From: an uncultured Planctomycetota bacterium
GTDB lineage: Bacteria; Planctomycetota; PLA2; JAEUHO01
NCBI GenBank assembly: GCA_963752285.1
Contig: CAVVXN010000005.1
Span: forward strand, 896,001 to 960,000
Reading direction: 5' to 3'
DNA length: 64,000 nt
The notes under the pieces were generated by a model that was not told where the DNA came from, made no database searches, and saw nothing but the letters and a program-made list of their open reading frames with translations. The position numbers and the translations under genes are program-made. The number at the start of each line of letters is the position of its first letter. The stretch's first letter is position 1. Positions 37,642-47,624 of this stretch are shown here, piece by piece.

Positions 37642-40634
37642 CGGTAACCTGCCGCCTCCTCCGCCTCGCCCTTGAGGATACGCGCGCCCGCGTCGTCTGG
37701 CGAGAGCCGGAGCGCCGCGGAGGCCTGGCTCAGGGCGTCGAGCGGCCGGTCGGCCGCGATGTAGGCCCGCCCGAGACGGATGTGGTCGTCCACCGCCCCC
37801 GCCTGGACGCGCTCGTCCTCGGGGAGGAGGGAGACCACCGCGACCTGCACCTCACGCTCGCGGAGCGCCTCCTTCGGTCGGCCGAGCGCGTCGAGCGCGT
37901 CGGCGTACTCACGGTGCAGCTCGACGTCGGGCGTTTGCTCCTTGCCGGCCCCGAACGGGTTGATGTCGATCATCTCCGCCGAGAGCTCGGCCACCTTTGC
38001 CACGTCGTGCTTGCCCTGGTAGTAGTCCTTGATCTTCTTGCGGACCTCGTAGTCGTCGCCCGCGATCGCCGCGTAGCCCTCGAGCTCCCGGATGGCGGCC
38101 TCCACCTTCCCCTCGCCCTCGTAGAGCTTCGCGAGCTGGAGGAACGGGCTGACCTTCCCCTGGAGGGTCGGGAAGCACGTCTTGGCCGCCTCGAGGTGGC
38201 GCACGGCCGCCGCGGAGTCCCCGCCGGGACCGAGGGCCTGGTGGGCGAGGAACAGACGGACGCGGACGTCGTCCTGGCCGAGGTCCAGGTACCGCTGGTA
38301 CGCCTTCGACGCCAGGTCCATCCGTCCGCTCGCCTCCGCGAGGCCGCCCTCGAGGAGCACGACGGAGGGGTCGTCGGGCTGGAGCGCCTTCGCGTCCCCG
38401 AGCGACGCCCCCGCGTCGATCAGGTTTCCACGCTGCAGATAGGCCCAGCCGAGGTCCACCCGGGCCTCGAGGTCCTTGGCGTCCTTCTTGGCCCGCGCCC
38501 GGAAGGCGTCGAGGCTCTCCTGGTCCCAGTGCGGGACCATGCGGTACCCGCCGACCTTCGCGTCGATGAACTTCTCGAACTCCGCGTCGTAGTCGTCGAG
38601 CTCGATCGAGAGCACGTCGTGGAAGACCTGCTCGGTCGTGCGGTCCTGCGCGAACTCGCGGAGCATCTTCGGGATCACGTCGAAGCTCCGCGTCTTCACC
38701 AGGTGCTCGACGATCAGCGCTCCCTGGTAATACGCGAACATGATGTCGGGCCCGCGGAAGGCACGGTTGATCAGGCTCATCTTGAGCAGGCGGTGGTTCT
38801 TCAGACGGTCGAAGAGCTGCCCCTCCATGCCCCGCCCCCACGACGCGCGGTGCTGGGCCTCCTCGTAGACCGAGAGGCCCTCGGTCAGCCAGCGGGGGAC
38901 CTGGCCCTTGCTCTCGCCGAGTGTGATCACGTGGGCGAACTCGTGCCAGGCGGTCTGCGCCCACGAGAAGGCGCCGACCGGCTCGGACGTCGGGCCGAGC
39001 AGGGTGATCACGTTCCCGAAGCAGACGCCGAGGGCGGGGAGACCCGGCACGCCGACGCTCCGTACCGAGAAGTCGGTCGCGATGTGGAACGAGTCCACCC
39101 GCACGGGGGGCGTCGGAACGTAGCCGTACTTCGCGGAGAGGGTCTTCCACGCCTCCTCGAGGAGGGGCGGGAGGTAGTGCCGCATCACCTCGTCCTCCGA
39201 GGGGTGCTGGCGGATCACGAATCGTTCCGTCTTCTCGGTGTCGAACCCGTCGATGACGCTCAGGACCTCGAGCCAGTTGTCCCGCGTCACGTCCTCGTGG
39301 CGCTTGGACTTGTCCACCGCGGTCCGGAACGCCGTGCGCGCATCGTCCGTCCGGCCGAGGTTCATCAGGTCCTCGCCGTAGGTGACGTACGCGAGCGCGT
39401 CGTCCGGGTCGGTGGCGATCGCCTTCTCGGCGAGCTTCGCGGCCACGTCGTAGCGGCGCTGGCGCTCACCAACGAGGTCGGCCAGCGTCACGAAGAACCG
39501 GCCGTCCTTCGGGTCGGCCGCGAGCGCCTCCTTCTCGAGGGCCTGGTACCCCGACTCGTCGCCGGTGATCCAGGCCCGTGCGGCGCGGACCGCGCGGGCG
39601 TACGCGTCGCGCGGGTTGACCTTCTCGGCGCGGCGGAGCATCTCGTCGGCCTTGTCGTAGTCGCCGTTCCCCACGTGGATCGCGGCGAAGAGCGAGAGCG
39701 CCGGCACGAGGTTCGGGTTCGTCTGGAGCGCGCGCTCGAGCTCGTGGATCGCGTCGTCCTGCTGGTAGAAGACGAGGTCCACCCGCGCGCGGCCGACCCG
39801 GGCCTCGGCGAGCTCGGGGTTCTTGTCGAGCAGGCGCTTGTACCGGCTCGCGGCCTTCGCCTGCGAGTTCGCGCCGCGATCCGCTTGGAAGAGGTTCGCC
39901 TCCTCGAGGAGCGCGTCCTGGTCGTCGGGATGCGCGCGGATCCAGCGCTCGAGGAGGGTCAGCGCGGGCTGCAGCAGGTCGTCGGAGGGCTTCGGCGACG
40001 CCCACGTCATGTGGATGGCCGCCCGCGCGACCCAGGGCACGTCCTCGGGCGCCGACTTCGAGGCGTTGTGGGCCTGGATCGCCGCGTCGTACGCCCGGAC
40101 GGCGTCGTCGCGCCGACCGAGGGCTTCGAGCGCGAGGCCGCGGGCGGTCGCGGCGGCCGCGTCGTCGGGCGTCTTCTCCAGCACCGCGGACGCGAGGCGC
40201 TCGACGTCCTCGTAGCGCCCGACGTCGAGCAGGAGGTCGAACCGGAGCGCGCGGGCGCCGCGGTGGTCGGGGTGCTTCTCGAGGTCGCGGTCGAGGAGCT
40301 CGAGGCCCTTCTGGTAGTCGCCGACCCGGTCGGCCACGAGCGCGCGGAGGTAGGGCGCGTCGGCGTTGTCGGGCTGGTACCGCTCCACGCGACGCATGCG
40401 CGCGAGCACCTCGTCGTGGTTTCCCTCTCGGAGCGCCGCCCACGCGCGCTCGAGGTGGTGCTCGACCGCCTCGCGGCGCTCGTCCGCGTCCGGTCCCGGC
40501 GGCAGGTCGTCCGCGCGGGCCGTCGGGAGGCCGAGGGGGGCGGCGGGCCCGGGGAGCCCCGCGAACCCGAGCGACGCGACGAAGACCGGAACGAGGAGCC
40601 GGAGCGCAGGAGGGCGGCGGGGGGACGAGGGCAT
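37638..40634 (-). CDS. Exported TPR-repeat protein with peptidase MA-like zincin domain
   Basis: Signal peptide, many TPR-like helices, WHEFAH...VPRWLTEGLSVYEE. Confidence 0.85.
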   Translation of the reverse strand: MPSSPRRPPALRLLVPVFVASLGFAGLPGPAAPLGLPTARADDLPPGPDADERREAVEHHLERAWAALREGNHDEVLARMRRVERYQPDNADAPYLRALVADRVGDYQKGLELLDRDLEKHPDHRGARALRFDLLLDVGRYEDVERLASAVLEKTPDDAAAATARGLALEALGRRDDAVRAYDAAIQAHNASKSAPEDVPWVARAAIHMTWASPKPSDDLLQPALTLLERWIRAHPDDQDALLEEANLFQADRGANSQAKAASRYKRLLDKNPELAEARVGRARVDLVFYQQDDAIHELERALQTNPNLVPALSLFAAIHVGNGDYDKADEMLRRAEKVNPRDAYARAVRAARAWITGDESGYQALEKEALAADPKDGRFFVTLADLVGERQRRYDVAAKLAEKAIATDPDDALAYVTYGEDLMNLGRTDDARTAFRTAVDKSKRHEDVTRDNWLEVLSVIDGFDTEKTERFVIRQHPSEDEVMRHYLPPLLEEAWKTLSAKYGYVPTPPVRVDSFHIATDFSVRSVGVPGLPALGVCFGNVITLLGPTSEPVGAFSWAQTAWHEFAHVITLGESKGQVPRWLTEGLSVYEEAQHRASWGRGMEGQLFDRLKNHRLLKMSLINRAFRGPDIMFAYYQGALIVEHLVKTRSFDVIPKMLREFAQDRTTEQVFHDVLSIELDDYDAEFEKFIDAKVGGYRMVPHWDQESLDAFRARAKKDAKDLEARVDLGWAYLQRGNLIDAGASLGDAKALQPDDPSVVLLEGGLAEASGRMDLASKAYQRYLDLGQDDVRVRLFLAHQALGPGGDSAAAVRHLEAAKTCFPTLQGKVSPFLQLAKLYEGEGKVEAAIRELEGYAAIAGDDYEVRKKIKDYYQGKHDVAKVAELSAEMIDINPFGAGKEQTPDVELHREYADALDALGRPKEALREREVQVAVVSLLPEDERVQAGAVDDHIRLGRAYIAADRPLDALSQASAALRLSPDDAGARILKGEAEEAAGYR

Positions 40635-40725
40635 CGTGGCCTTTCTCGAGGGCACGGCGGGCGATGGATTCTACCGGTCGGCGCCGGGACGAGACGGTGT
40701 CCCGACCTCCGCCCATACTCGCGGC

Positions 40726-41916
40726 ATGCACACCCTCACCGTCCGCCCCAGCCGCCGTGTCGCGTCGCTCCCCGGCTACGCCTTCGACGAGGTCGGAAAG
40801 CGCGTGGACGCGCTGAGGAGCCGCGGGATCGAGCCCATCGACTTCGGCGTCGGCGACCCGACCGTCCCGACGCCCGCGCTCGTGCGGGATCGACTCAAGA
40901 CGGCCGTGGACGAGCGCGCGACCTCCGGCTACCCCGCCTACCAGGGCGACCCGGCCTACCGCGCCGCCGCCGCCGGGTGGATGGAGCGTCGCTTCGGCGT
41001 CGCGCTCGACCCCGACCGCGAGGTGTGCGCGACGATCGGCAGCAAGGAGGCCGTCTTCCACGTCCACGAGGGGCTGCTCGACCCCGGCGACACGATCCTC
41101 GTCCCCTCGCCCGGGTACCCCCCCTACAAGCGCGGCGCTCGCTTCGCCGAGGCGGAGCCGTGGTTCTACCCGCTCCGTCGCGAGAACGGCTTCCTCCCCG
41201 ACCTCGACGCCATCCCGGACGACGTCGCGGCGCGCGCGCGCGCGATCTGGGTGTGCTACCCGAACTCGCCGAGCGGCGCGGTCGCGGACCGCGCGTTCTA
41301 CGACGGCCTGCGGGAACGCGCCCGGCGCCACGGGTGGATCGTGCTCTCGGACGAGGCGTACTCCGAGATCTACTTCACGGACGATCCCCCGCCCTCCGCG
41401 CTCGAGTCCGGGAAGGACGGCGTACTCGCCTTCTTCTCGCTCTCGAAGCGGAGTGCGATGACCGGCTGGCGCATCGGCTGGGTCGCCGGCGACCCGGAGC
41501 TCGTCTCCATCTTCCGCAAGGTCAAGACGAACGTCGACTCGGGCACCCCCACCTTCATCCAGGATGCCGCGGTCGCGGCCCTCTCGGACGAGACGCACGT
41601 CGCGTCGTTCCGCGCGGAGTACCGCGAGAAGCGGGACGTGCTCGTCCAGGCGCTCGTGGCGGCCGGCCTCCCCGACGCCACGCCCGACGCCACGCTCTAC
41701 GTCTGGCAGCCCGCGCCCGAGGGCACGAGCGGCGTGGACCTCGCGACGCGCCTCCTGGAGCCCGACGTGGCCGCGGTGACGACGCCGGGCGAGTGGATCT
41801 CGGACCCGCTCGCCGACGGCACGAACCCCGGTGCGGGTCACGTCCGCTTCGCGCTCGTGCCGAGCCTCGACGACACGCGCCGCGCCGCCGACCGCATCGC
41901 GCGCCTCCGGTTCTGA
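40726..41916 (+). CDS. PLP-dependent class I/II aminotransferase (LL-DAP aminotransferase-like)
   Basis: DFGVGDP, GSKEA, YPNSPSGA, DEAYSE, SLSKRSAMTGWRIG. Confidence 0.9.
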   Translation: MHTLTVRPSRRVASLPGYAFDEVGKRVDALRSRGIEPIDFGVGDPTVPTPALVRDRLKTAVDERATSGYPAYQGDPAYRAAAAGWMERRFGVALDPDREVCATIGSKEAVFHVHEGLLDPGDTILVPSPGYPPYKRGARFAEAEPWFYPLRRENGFLPDLDAIPDDVAARARAIWVCYPNSPSGAVADRAFYDGLRERARRHGWIVLSDEAYSEIYFTDDPPPSALESGKDGVLAFFSLSKRSAMTGWRIGWVAGDPELVSIFRKVKTNVDSGTPTFIQDAAVAALSDETHVASFRAEYREKRDVLVQALVAAGLPDATPDATLYVWQPAPEGTSGVDLATRLLEPDVAAVTTPGEWISDPLADGTNPGAGHVRFALVPSLDDTRRAADRIARLRF

Positions 41917-41928
41917 CGACGGTCCGGC

Positions 41929-42672
41929 TCAGGTCGGCCGGCCGGGGACCTCGAGCTCGACCACCAGCGGCAGGTGGTCGCTCGTGACGCGCGTCGCGCG
42001 GTTGAGCACGCACGCCACGTGGTGGCAGCGGATCGGGTCGCGGTAGAGGATCTTGTCGAGTCCCACGATCGGGCGGCGCGAGGGCCACGTGCGCTCGCCG
42101 TGCGGCCGGCCGTCGGTTCTCGCGAGGTGGAACCCCCAGTCCTGGATCGCCTTCCGGACGAGGCCGCGCCCCCACTCGTTCCAGTCTCCGGCGATCACGA
42201 GGTGCGGGTTCCTCCCCGCGGCGTCGAAGAGGTGTCCGATCAGGCGGCGCATCTGGACGCGGCGCTCCACGTGGAAGAGCCCGAGGTGCACGTTCGCGAC
42301 CGTCCAGCCTCCGTCGGGACCCGAGCCCACGGTCGCGACGAGCGCGCTGCGTCGCTTCTTCGGCGGGATGGTGAGGTCCACGTTGTGGACGTGACGGAGC
42401 GGCGCCTTCGACAGGGTGAGGTTGCCGTACGCACCGCCCTTCACCCGGACGTTCAGGCCGAGCGCCGAGTGCCGGTAGCCGAGCTCCTTGGCGAGCCGCT
42501 GCCCCTGCCGCTCGAGCTTGGAGCGGGGCACGCCCTCGTCCACCTCCTGGAGACACACGACGTCCGCGTCGAGCTCGGCCAGGACGTCCACGACGCGGTC
42601 GAGCCGGTACAGACGGTCGGTCCCGATGCCCTTGTGGATGTTCCAGGTGACGATGCGGAGGCGCGAGGACAT
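41929..42672 (-). CDS. Endonuclease/exonuclease/phosphatase family protein
   Basis: TWNIHKG, LQEV, NVHLGL, AGDWN, LDKI, SDHLP. Confidence 0.92.
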   Translation of the reverse strand: MSSRLRIVTWNIHKGIGTDRLYRLDRVVDVLAELDADVVCLQEVDEGVPRSKLERQGQRLAKELGYRHSALGLNVRVKGGAYGNLTLSKAPLRHVHNVDLTIPPKKRRSALVATVGSGPDGGWTVANVHLGLFHVERRVQMRRLIGHLFDAAGRNPHLVIAGDWNEWGRGLVRKAIQDWGFHLARTDGRPHGERTWPSRRPIVGLDKILYRDPIRCHHVACVLNRATRVTSDHLPLVVELEVPGRPT

Positions 42673-42735
42673 CCGCGGCGAGTATCCACCCGCCCCGAGC
42701 CCGGGAGGAGGACGGCGCGGTACGCTGGGACCGTC

Positions 42736-44250
42736 GTGCCGCCCCGCCCCGCCCGTCTCCCGCTCCTCGCGCTCGGGATCGGGGTCCTCGTCGCCTCCGG
42801 CGGCGTGGGCCGGGCGGCCGAGCCCCCGCCCTCGCCCGCGGCGATCGACGAGGCGATCGACCGGGGCGTCGCCTGGCTCGTGGGCGAGCAGGAGCCCACC
42901 GGCGCGTTCGACACGGGGAGCCGCGCGCTCGGTCACACGGCGCTCGCCGTCTACGCCCTGCTGCACGCGGGGCTCGAGGAGAGGACGAGCCGACCGCTTG
43001 GCCGCGCGCTCGCGTACCTCGACCGGACGGGACCCGGACGGACCCGACGGCCCGATCGGGAGGCCCGGACCTACGAGACGGCGCTCCTCGTCCTCGTCCT
43101 CTGCGACCGCGGTCGGCAGGAGGACCGGGAGCGGACCGGGCGCCTCGTGCGCGTCCTCGAGCGGATGCAGGCGTCGAACGGCCAGTGGTCGTACGAGCTC
43201 GGGCACGAGAGACCGACGGCCGGCGACAACAGCAACGCCCAGTTCGCCGTCCTGGCCCTGGGCGCCGCGGTCGGCGACGGTGTTCCCGTGGACCCGGAGG
43301 CGCTGCACCGCGCCTGGGGCTGGTGGCGGACCTCCTCTGGCCGCGACGGGGGGTTCGGCTACGCGTCGGGCGGCGCCCCCGACTCGCAGAGCACCGGGTC
43401 GATGACGGCGGCGGGCATCGCGTCGCTCGCGATCCTCGAGGCCGCGTTCGCGGGCGCGTCCACCGTCGTCGGCGAGAAGGACCGCGCGGTCGCGAGCCGC
43501 GCGCTCTCCCGGGCCGTGGACCGGCTCGCCGAGGGCTTCTCCGTCGAGACGAACTTCGGGCCCGCGCAGGGCGGCGCCGGTCAGCGACAGCGAAACGCCG
43601 GGCGCGGGTGGCTGCACTACTACCTCTGGAGCGTCGAACGGGCGATGGTCCTCGCCGGTCGAGAGACGATCGGGGGGCGCGACTGGTACGCGGAGGGCGC
43701 GCGGCGCCTCCTCGCGACGCAGGCGAAGGACGGCTCGTGGCGCGGCGAGCTCCCGCTCTACGCCACCTCGTTCGCGCTGCTCTTCCTCACGCGCGCCGCG
43801 GACCCGCCGCGCGCGTTCACGCCGCGGGAGGACGCGCCCGGCCGGGCGGTGACGCCCGGTCCCGAGCCGCCCCCCGCGACGCCCCTCGCGCCGGCGCCGC
43901 CCGGGGCGCCGCTCGAGGCGCTCCTCGCGGCGAACGTCACGCCGGACGTCCTCCTCTCGCGCGCCCTCGACGAGGGACCCCCGTGCCTCGACCTCCTCGT
44001 CCGCGCGCTCGAGGACCCCGACGGCGGCGTCCGTCGCCGAGCGAACGAGCTCCTCCGCCTGCTCCTCGGCGACGAGCGCGTCGGCCTCGCGGACCGACAT
44101 CCGCTCGCGCGCGGCCGTCTCGCGCTCTGGGTCCGCCGGAACCGTCGCTTCCTCGTCGCGAGGGACGGCCGCTTCGTCCTCACGGGTCTCGCGCCCCCGC
44201 CCGCGGGGGGGAACGCGACGCCCGGGGGATCGACGCCGCCCCCGCGGTGA
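42736..44250 (+). CDS. Exported prenyltransferase/squalene-oxidase-repeat protein
   Basis: AIDRGVAWL, GDNSNAQFA.LAL, DGGFGY, SMTAAG, YYLWSVER, DWY..GA..LL..Q..DGSW. Confidence 0.8.
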   Translation: MPPRPARLPLLALGIGVLVASGGVGRAAEPPPSPAAIDEAIDRGVAWLVGEQEPTGAFDTGSRALGHTALAVYALLHAGLEERTSRPLGRALAYLDRTGPGRTRRPDREARTYETALLVLVLCDRGRQEDRERTGRLVRVLERMQASNGQWSYELGHERPTAGDNSNAQFAVLALGAAVGDGVPVDPEALHRAWGWWRTSSGRDGGFGYASGGAPDSQSTGSMTAAGIASLAILEAAFAGASTVVGEKDRAVASRALSRAVDRLAEGFSVETNFGPAQGGAGQRQRNAGRGWLHYYLWSVERAMVLAGRETIGGRDWYAEGARRLLATQAKDGSWRGELPLYATSFALLFLTRAADPPRAFTPREDAPGRAVTPGPEPPPATPLAPAPPGAPLEALLAANVTPDVLLSRALDEGPPCLDLLVRALEDPDGGVRRRANELLRLLLGDERVGLADRHPLARGRLALWVRRNRRFLVARDGRFVLTGLAPPPAGGNATPGGSTPPPR

Positions 44251-44380
44251 CCGCCGAGGCGCGCGGCCGGCGCGCGGGCCCAGGCCGGGCGCGCGGTCCC
44301 CCGGGGCCGGCGCCCCCGATTTGCACGCGTTTTGCGCGGCGCCGACACGCGTCGCGGTAGCGTTCGTGCGGAGGTGTCCC

Positions 44381-45931
44381 GTGCAGAAGTCCGCGCTCGC
44401 GCTCCTCGCTCCCGTCCTCGTCCTCCTCCTCGGCGCCGGCGGCTCGGTCGTTCCCGTGCGGGCCGACGACGAAGCGCCCCAAACCGCGGAAGGCCTTCGC
44501 GTCCGGGCCCGCGTCGATCCGTCCTCGCTCGGCGCGGGCGACCGCGTGACGTTCACCGCGACCTTCGAGAACGTCGGCGACACGCCGCGCTCGTTCTTCG
44601 TCCCGCTCCATCCCGACCTCGACGGGTTCCCGCGCTGGGAGCTCGTGGGCGCCTCGGGGACGGTCCTCGTGCCGGGCGCCGCGACCTACCAGAGCATGTG
44701 GAAGGAAGGCCTGCAGGGCGAGATCGTCGAGCTCGAGCCCGGCGCCTCGCGGAGCTGGTCCTTCTCCCGCTCCGCGTTCCTCGTGACCGGGGGACCGCAC
44801 GACGCCGTCGAGGCGCCGCTCGCCCCCGGGCGCTACCTGGTCCGGGCCACGTACGTCCAGGCCGACGACACGGTGCCGTTCTCCGAGACGGCCTTTCGGA
44901 CCACGCGGCGGCACGAGCCCGGCCTCTGGTCGGGACGGCTCCGCTCCGCGCCCGCGGTTCTCGAAGTCCTGCCCTCGGGCCGCCCGGACCTCGCGGTCGA
45001 GTCCCCGGCGCGCGTCGAGGCCGGGGCGCCGCTCCCGGTGAGGGTGGTCCTCCGAAATCCGGGCCCGGAGGCGTTCCGGGCCACCGGGTTCTTCGAGGTG
45101 GCCGTCCACTCGAAGCCGTGGGGAAGCGCGGCCCTCCGCGCGCTCCCGCGGGGTCGGGCGCTCGAAGCGGCCCCGCCCGGCGCCACGGGCGAGGTGCGGA
45201 TCGCGCCCGGCGAGCGCCTCGTCCTCGAGACCGATCTCGCGGCGCAGACCTTCCACGGGCGCCGGGGCGGCGTCGAGTGCGCCGAGGGCCTCTACGACGT
45301 CGTCCGCTCGGACGGGTTCGCGCTGTCCGTCGCGCTCGTCGTGGGCGGGGAGCGACGCCTGGTGGCGACGCGCACCGTCACCGTCGCGGAGCGCGACCCC
45401 GCGGCGCTCGGGGGCCTCTCGCTTCGCGTCGAGCCCTCGCCCGCCGCGGCCGTTTCCTCGCCGACCGTGGTTGTGATCCTCGAGAACACGGGCCCCGGTC
45501 CCGTGAGCGTCCCCGCCTCGCTCTCCTACCCGCGTCACGTGTTCCTGTCGATCCGCCCGGTCGGCGGCGGGGCGACGAGCTACGCCGTGACGATGGCCGC
45601 ACCCTCGACGGCGGACGGCCTCGTGTTGCCCGAGGAGCCCGGCATGCGCGCCCAGGTGCCCGAGGGACTGGCGTGGGACGCCGCGGCGTTCGAGGACGCC
45701 GGCTCCCTCGATCGCGCGACCACCGTGGTCCTCGCGCCCGGCGCGTCGCTCCGGCGCCGGTTGGTGCTCTCCGACCTCCTCTCGGGCGGCGACCTGGGGA
45801 CGGCGGGGACGCTCGAGGTCCGGGCCTACTGGCGAAATCTCGAGAACGGATCCCGCTTGGGCCTGCCCACCCCGCTCGCGGTCGGGCTGATCGGAAGCGA
45901 TCCCGTCGCCGTTCCGGGCTCCACGCGATGA
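44381..45931 (+). CDS. Hypothetical secreted protein with repeated beta-sandwich domains
   Basis: GGAGG RBS, signal peptide ending VRA; repeated xENxG...LxPG pattern. Confidence 0.7.
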   Translation: MQKSALALLAPVLVLLLGAGGSVVPVRADDEAPQTAEGLRVRARVDPSSLGAGDRVTFTATFENVGDTPRSFFVPLHPDLDGFPRWELVGASGTVLVPGAATYQSMWKEGLQGEIVELEPGASRSWSFSRSAFLVTGGPHDAVEAPLAPGRYLVRATYVQADDTVPFSETAFRTTRRHEPGLWSGRLRSAPAVLEVLPSGRPDLAVESPARVEAGAPLPVRVVLRNPGPEAFRATGFFEVAVHSKPWGSAALRALPRGRALEAAPPGATGEVRIAPGERLVLETDLAAQTFHGRRGGVECAEGLYDVVRSDGFALSVALVVGGERRLVATRTVTVAERDPAALGGLSLRVEPSPAAAVSSPTVVVILENTGPGPVSVPASLSYPRHVFLSIRPVGGGATSYAVTMAAPSTADGLVLPEEPGMRAQVPEGLAWDAAAFEDAGSLDRATTVVLAPGASLRRRLVLSDLLSGGDLGTAGTLEVRAYWRNLENGSRLGLPTPLAVGLIGSDPVAVPGSTR

Positions 45932-46094
45932 GCCCCGGAACCGCTCAGCCCGTGAAGGACGGGGCCGAGGGCCCGAGGCCGAGCGAGGGGGCGCGAGGAG
46001 GAGGCGACTCCGCCGTGGGTCGCGGACGACCAGCAATACCGCGTCGCGGCGCCGCCGCCGGCCGAAGCCCAGGACTCGATTCCTTCCCAGGCTC

Positions 46095-47102
46095 TCAGGC
46101 CAGCGCGAGGGCTCGCGTCGCCTGGCACATCTCGTCGTGGATCGCGCGGACCCGTTCCACGCGCGCGTCGGGCACCCCGTCGCCGACCGTCCCGACGAGG
46201 CGGCACGACGCGAAGCCGCGCGCGACGCGCTCGTAGCGACGGACCCAGTTCGAACGCACGCGGAGCTTCCCGGGGTCCTCCACGGGCCACGTACCCCCGG
46301 CGCGGAAGGGCTCCGCGATCCCGGCCCGCCACGGTTTCGGGCTCACGCGGGCGCGAAAGCACTTCTGGAGCCGACACATGCGGTCGTAGAGCGGGTCCGC
46401 ATCCACGAAGCGCATGAACTCGAACGTCTCGTCCCGGGCCGCGTCGAACGACGCGTGGACGGGAAGGAGCCGCGCGCCCGCGGGCGTCTCGTAGACGACG
46501 ACGCGCCACCCGGGGTGGGTCCGGCACCAGTCCCGGGTGCGGTCGGTCGCCCAGGCGACGACGTCCCGTCGCCGCGGGTCGCGTCTGTCGCGAAGCCGGC
46601 CGCTCAGCGCGAACACCGCGCCGAGCACGACGGCCCCGCCCACGGTCCCGTGGAGCCAGCCGACCGGGGGGAGCACGCTGGCCACGACGGCCCCGAGCGT
46701 GGCGCCGAGGAGCGCGCCGACGACGAATCGTCCGGAGGCGTGCGACGCGACGTCGTCTACGTCCACGAACATGGCGTCCCTCGTGTTGAGGCAGAGCGCG
46801 CCGTAGCCGTTTCGCGTCACGACGACGTCGGCCTCCGGCCGCTCCTCCACGATCTCCTCGCGAATCGGCAGTCCGTCGGAGCCGGCGTAGGCGACCGCGC
46901 GTTCCCGCCGCGTGAAGCCGTGCAGCGCGTCGGGCCCGCCGGCGCGCAATACGGCGACGGCCTCCTCGACGCGCTGCCGGGCGTGGGTCGCGGCGTCCGC
47001 CGCGCTCGTCGAGGACCACCCGAAGCGGCGAACCGTGACCTGTCGCCCTTCGGGAAGCGACTCCCGGTGGGACGCCTCGGACCAGTACCGCGGGACGAAC
47101 AC
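46095..47102 (-). CDS. Conserved hypothetical protein with two central TM helices
   Basis: MFVPRYWSEA..TVRRFGWS..PIREEI..TRNGYGALCLN..FVDVD..YETPAG.R..RARVSPKPWR. Confidence 0.72.
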   Translation of the reverse strand: MFVPRYWSEASHRESLPEGRQVTVRRFGWSSTSAADAATHARQRVEEAVAVLRAGGPDALHGFTRRERAVAYAGSDGLPIREEIVEERPEADVVVTRNGYGALCLNTRDAMFVDVDDVASHASGRFVVGALLGATLGAVVASVLPPVGWLHGTVGGAVVLGAVFALSGRLRDRRDPRRRDVVAWATDRTRDWCRTHPGWRVVVYETPAGARLLPVHASFDAARDETFEFMRFVDADPLYDRMCRLQKCFRARVSPKPWRAGIAEPFRAGGTWPVEDPGKLRVRSNWVRRYERVARGFASCRLVGTVGDGVPDARVERVRAIHDEMCQATRALALA

Positions 47103-47624
47103 GGAACGAGACCCTACCGCGAGGGGACGTCGGCCCGTGCCGCGCCGCGTGCGCGCGTCACGCACCTCCGTCCGGGCTCCGGGGGTCGGGGACCCAGGCG
47201 GCGACGGCGAGACCGGGAGCGGCGGGGCGCGAACGCCTGCGATTGACCCCCCCGGACCTCCGTGGCAGATTTCCGCCGCTCCGAGGGTCCTTCGAAGAGA
47301 CGGCCGAGCGGACGGAGGCGGCCGTCTCCGACGCCACGTGGAGGAACCTCCGACTCGACCGGCCCGGGTGCGCGGAACCGGCACCACGGAAGTGGATCAC
47401 GTAGCTCCCCCTGGGATTGGCCTCCCGAGAGCCGCGCCTCGCGGATCGTGTCTTCGAGTCCCCTCGGGTCGGTTCCCGTCGTGGACCGGGACCGATGCGC
47501 GGCCGCGAACGACGCGCGAGGAGAGCCGGACGGGTCCGCGGGGTCGGACGTGACCGGGCGCCGAGCCCGGGCTGCCGTCCCCCTCCCGCCTCGAGGCGCC
47601 GCACGGGACGGAGAGAGGATCACC